Source: Candidatus Omnitrophota bacterium (lineage in GTDB: Bacteria > Omnitrophota > Gorgyraeia > Gygaellales > Profunditerraquicolaceae). Taken from it: a stretch of 64,000 nt of DNA. A program made the translations under genes and the position numbers. Below, in pieces: positions 60,671 through 64,000 of the stretch. Numbering within the stretch: position 1 is the stretch's first letter; the number at the start of each line of letters is the position of its first letter. The notes beneath the pieces are model-generated. The model searched no databases, had not been told where the DNA came from, and was given only the letters and a program-made list of their open reading frames with translations. The stretch is taken from the NCBI GenBank assembly GCA_028717245.1, contig JAQUOD010000001.1, positions 85,514 to 149,513 of the forward strand. Direction: 5' to 3'.

Positions 60671-60728
60671 AACACCTGGTGCAAAGTCAATCGGGCACCT
60701 GGTGCGAAACTAATCTTGTACCTGTCCC
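60671..60728 (-). repeat. 57-nt element copy B in the 5'UTR of the acyl-CoA dehydrogenase gene, between predicted promoter and RBS
   Basis: aacacctggtgcaaagtcaatcgggcacctggtgcgaaactaatcttgtacctgtccc. Confidence 0.8.
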
Positions 60729-60746
60729 TTTAAATAAATCTTAAGA

Positions 60747-60774
60747 ATTATACCATACTGAAATTATTTTACAA
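60747..60774 (-). promoter_or_regulatory. candidate sigma70 promoter TTGTAA-16-TATAAT for bcd-etfBA; -35 overlaps the GNAT gene stop codon
   Basis: rc reads TTGTAAaataatttcagtatggTATAAT. Confidence 0.4.
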
Positions 60775-61218
60775 GGTTTTTAGAAGGGCGATTTCCTGGC
60801 AATTGGGGAATTTGCAGCAGTTAATGCATTCTGCCCAAATTTTATGGGGGAGAGCAGAATTCTTTACTCTTTTGAACCCGAATTTCTTAAAATACCCGGG
60901 CTGATAGGTAAGCACAAATATCCTCCTGGCTGCTAAGGCCCTGGCTTCATTTAAACATGCCAGGATTAATTCCCTGCCTATACCCTTGCCTTGTTTTTGT
61001 TTGGCTACGGCCAGGGATTTTATCTCCGCCAGGTCCTCCCAGGAGATATGTAAAGCACAACAACCGATAATTTTCCCGCCTTCTTCAATTACCCAGAAAT
61101 CCCGCAAGTTTTCATATAATTCATTAAGCGAGCGCGGTAACATCAGGTCCTGTTTGGCAAAAAAATTAATCAAACCCTGTATTTGTTTTATATCTTTTAT
61201 CTTTGCTTTTCTAATCAT
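60769..61218 (-). CDS. GNAT-family N-acetyltransferase with C-terminal Cys cluster (CINCCKFPNC)
   Basis: 149 aa; acetyl-CoA binding motif QKQGKGIGRELI. Confidence 0.7.
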   Translation of the reverse strand: MIRKAKIKDIKQIQGLINFFAKQDLMLPRSLNELYENLRDFWVIEEGGKIIGCCALHISWEDLAEIKSLAVAKQKQGKGIGRELILACLNEARALAARRIFVLTYQPGYFKKFGFKRVKNSALPHKIWAECINCCKFPNCQEIALLKTL

Positions 61219-61224
61219 CTTCTT

Positions 61225-61260
61225 CGGCTTATAGCTTACAACTTATGGCTTACGGCTATT
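61225..61260 (-). repeat. tandem heptamer array (G/A)GCTTA(T/C) x5 overlapping glgC stop codon
   Basis: cggcttat agcttac aacttat ggcttac ggctatt. Confidence 0.8.
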
Positions 61261-62482
61261 TAATTTCTGCCCCCTTCTCCACTACCACGATGCCCGATTT
61301 GGTAACATAAAACCTTTTTCTATCCTCTTCAAGATCATAGCCGATTACCATACCTTGCGGGATATGCACATCCTTATCAATAATGGCCTTTTTTATCTTG
61401 GCGTATCTGGCTACATTGACGCCTTCCATAATTATAGAATCATAAACCTCTGAATAGCTGTGGATTCTTACATCCGGAGAAAGTATAGAACGCTGAACTT
61501 TGCCTCCGCTGACAATGCATCCTCCGGCAATCAGTGAATCCAGCACCAGCCCGACGCGGCCGGTGATCTGATCCCCGGAAAAGACTGTCTTAGCCAGGGG
61601 AAACTGCTCTTGATAGGTCCTGATCGACCAGTCTTTATCGTAAAGATTAAATACCGGGTCAACCTGCACTAAATCCATATTTGCTTCATAATAAGCATCA
61701 ATAGTTCCGATATCCCGCCAATACTGCGCCTCTTTTTTATTCTCATCAACAAAATTAAAAGCAACGACCTTAAGGCCTTTTTTGAGCATCTGCGGGATGA
61801 TGTCTTTGCCGAAATCATGGGTAGAATTGTGTTTCTTAGCGTCCTGCTGCAGTTCCTCTTCCAGGACCGGATGTTTAAAAACATAGATGCCCATAGAGGC
61901 ATAGACCTTATCCTGATTCTGGGGTATGGTCTTGGGCCTTGCCGGCTTCTCCTGAAAACCGCTCACCCTGCCTATTGCGTCTACCTCTACTACGCCTAAA
62001 TGCGGGGCTTTATTTTTATCCATCTCTACCACCCCGACGGTCAAATCCGCATCAGCCTGACGATGAAAATCTATCAGGGTATAATAATTCATTTTATAGA
62101 TGTGGTCTCCGGCCAGGATTAAAACTTCATCCGGATTATCAATTTCCAGGGTATAGAGGTTTTGATAAATGGCATCGGCAGTGCCTAAATACCAGGAATC
62201 CCCTACTCTTTGTTGTGCCGGTAATAATTCGATAAACTGGCCTAACTCAGAAGGCAGGATATTCCATCCCAAACGGATGTGCCTCTGTAAAGATGCGGAC
62301 TTATATTGCGTGAGGACATAAATTTTGCGCAGCCCCGAATTGATGCAATTACTCAGGGTAAAATCAATAATCCGGTATATCCCGCCAAAAGGCACTGCGG
62401 GTTTGGTGCGGTCTTTGGTCAGGGGCAATAGCCGCTCGCCCTTACCGCCTGCCATGATAAAAGTTAAAACGCGTTTCCTCAT
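61256..62482 (-). CDS. glgC: glucose-1-phosphate adenylyltransferase
   Basis: [25 protein letters not shown]. Confidence 0.9.
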   Translation of the reverse strand: MRKRVLTFIMAGGKGERLLPLTKDRTKPAVPFGGIYRIIDFTLSNCINSGLRKIYVLTQYKSASLQRHIRLGWNILPSELGQFIELLPAQQRVGDSWYLGTADAIYQNLYTLEIDNPDEVLILAGDHIYKMNYYTLIDFHRQADADLTVGVVEMDKNKAPHLGVVEVDAIGRVSGFQEKPARPKTIPQNQDKVYASMGIYVFKHPVLEEELQQDAKKHNSTHDFGKDIIPQMLKKGLKVVAFNFVDENKKEAQYWRDIGTIDAYYEANMDLVQVDPVFNLYDKDWSIRTYQEQFPLAKTVFSGDQITGRVGLVLDSLIAGGCIVSGGKVQRSILSPDVRIHSYSEVYDSIIMEGVNVARYAKIKKAIIDKDVHIPQGMVIGYDLEEDRKRFYVTKSGIVVVEKGAEIK

Positions 62483-63078
62483 TTGAATAAGATACCGGTT
62501 AACCCGCGCCTGACCATCATTACGCCGATGGCTGCCAGTAAGATATACATCACCTTAGAAAATGCCCTTGTCCCGCCCTGCCCCATAATTTTCATAAAAA
62601 ATTCTGCCTTTACCAGGGCGATCCAGACAATCAGCATATTCAGCACCAGAGAAACAAAAGTAGGCACAACGCCGAAAGTATCCAGCATGATTAAGGTAGT
62701 AGTTAAGACTGCCGGCCCGGTAATCAAGGGTGTACCTAAGGGAAACACACCAGCATCTTTATCATGGCCATCGGATAAAATAATCTTGCGCGCACCGGGT
62801 AACAATAGGCGCACAGAAATTACAAAGAGGAGCGCGCCGCCGGCAATCTGAAAATCAGGGATACTAATACCGATGAGGCGAAATACCCATTTACCGACAA
62901 ACATAAAAAGGATTGCCAATACCGTGGCTGTGGTTACGGATTCGGTAATCGTCCTTTTCTTCTGGTGTTTACTGATTCCTTCTACCAGAGAAATAAATAA
63001 CGGGATAGTGCCGATAACATCCACGGCCACAAAAATGGGGATAAAGGTAAGTATATACGGCTCTAATATCTTTAACAT
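62479..63078 (-). CDS. marC: MarC-family integral membrane protein
   Basis: 199 aa, 6 TM, UPF0056 pattern. Confidence 0.7.
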   Translation of the reverse strand: MLKILEPYILTFIPIFVAVDVIGTIPLFISLVEGISKHQKKRTITESVTTATVLAILFMFVGKWVFRLIGISIPDFQIAGGALLFVISVRLLLPGARKIILSDGHDKDAGVFPLGTPLITGPAVLTTTLIMLDTFGVVPTFVSLVLNMLIVWIALVKAEFFMKIMGQGGTRAFSKVMYILLAAIGVMMVRRGLTGILFK

Positions 63079-63124
63079 AATTTTATATTATACCGAAGAG
63101 TTGCCTAAAAGGCAAGAAAGAAAC

Positions 63125-64000
63125 TCATTCTATTTTCTTAATTAAAAACAGGCATAAGAAACTAGTCAGGGAAGATAAAACGATGAGCCATTTTAATCCC
63201 AGAATAGGCAGTAAAAAAGCCCCTGATAAATTACTTGTTACGAGTGCCAGGTTACTTATGCTGCATAAAAGCGCAAAGGAAGTGGCCTCTAGTCCTGGTA
63301 TGGTATTTCTAGCCATAAAGTCCATAACCATGATAAATATAAACATACCTATCAGGCTATAGAGCGTATCATAAATCACCGCGGTAACGGGCGTATAATA
63401 AAGGTAGCTTAAAGAAGTCAAGGCCCCTAAAAATACCGATATATATAGCCATTTCTTAATATTAATCTTTTGGCTGATTTTATAATAGACCAATGACCCA
63501 ACAATCCCAAAAACCGTGCTGATTGTCCCCAATCCCCCTATCCATATTTTACTCCACTTAAAACTATCTCTCTGTATAAAGAAAAGCGGCGTCCCGAAAG
63601 ACGGAGAGTATCTGTATAAAAATATAAATAACCCTACAATGAGCAGCTTTTTATGGGAAAATAATTTTTTTAAGTCTAGAAGCAGTGTTGTGGATGGCTT
63701 ATTCTGTGAAGCATTATCTTCCTTATAGAAATACGCGGGGATCCCTACTAACACATAAACAGGAACCAGGCACAAGAATGCCGCGCGATACCCCCATTTC
63801 TCTGCGATATATCCTCCCAATATCCCCGTAAGTAACCCTGCTATGGAAATAGATATCCACTGAATACTCTGGATCCTGCCTGTAGCATTATATTTTTTTC
63901 CTTCTACGCACATAATCCCGTCTACGGCGACATCCCGGAAGGCGGCATTAGCAGAATTAATAATTAATATAGCGATAAGGATAACAAGCGGTAACTGAGT
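63125..64000 (-). CDS. MFS-type transporter, C-terminal part (frame stays open upstream to window end)
   Basis: multi-TM; manual extension ...NSANAAFRDVAVDGIMCVEG... has no stop before position 64000. Confidence 0.6.
   Translation of the reverse strand, partial: TQLPLVILIAILIINSANAAFRDVAVDGIMCVEGKKYNATGRIQSIQWISISIAGLLTGILGGYIAEKWGYRAAFLCLVPVYVLVGIPAYFYKEDNASQNKPSTTLLLDLKKLFSHKKLLIVGLFIFLYRYSPSFGTPLFFIQRDSFKWSKIWIGGLGTISTVFGIVGSLVYYKISQKINIKKWLYISVFLGALTSLSYLYYTPVTAVIYDTLYSLIGMFIFIMVMDFMARNTIPGLEATSFALLCSISNLALVTSNLSGAFLLPILGLKWLIVLSSLTSFLCLFLIKKIE

Overview
This 64-kb window is almost entirely one co-directional (minus-strand) block of core genes from a bacterial chromosome; the ORF track called none on the minus strand in the terminal leuC' interval, and this fragment was recovered by manual translation. 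Reading right to left it contains: an MFS transporter (partial), marC, glgC, a GNAT acetyltransferase, a bcd-etfB-etfA(ferredoxin-fused) cluster, a small HTH protein with smc, a single plus-strand GAF-GGDEF gene placed divergently from recA, then recA, degP, recX, alaS, hisD-B-H-A, a lipoprotein, hisF-I, trpE, rpsP, yajC, secDF, a short mfd, surA-like, pdxA, rsmA, tRNA-Thr, rpmG, tRNA-Trp, secE, nusG, rplKAJL, rpoBC, rpsLG, fusA, tuf, the S10-spc-alpha ribosomal-protein operons, an aminotransferase and leuC'. Two short ribosomal-protein genes missing from the ORF track were found by hand (rpmJ 4908..5021 with a GTG start, rpmG 31808..31957), and two tRNAs were identified (Trp-CCA, Thr-GGT). 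The most unusual signal is a locus-specific family of 7-8-nt (one 10-nt) tandem repeat arrays. In intergenic spacers they are arranged as inverted arrays that form long imperfect hairpins. The same repeat units also occur as in-frame tracts inside pdxA, hisH, alaS and the surA-like gene. This looks like REP/RPE-like miniature elements that have not been described. Other notable points: a duplicated 57-nt element with tandem CACCTGGTG palindromes in front of bcd and etfA; perfect-consensus sigma70 promoters for recA (with an overlapping 7-2-7 palindrome) and for HTH-smc (near-leaderless); two hairpin-rich unannotated regions (32118-32549, 57100-57431); a minimal Mfd lacking the UvrA-binding and C-terminal autoinhibitory domains; and a peptidoglycan-binding lipoprotein inserted in the his operon. 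There are no CRISPR arrays, transposases or integrases.
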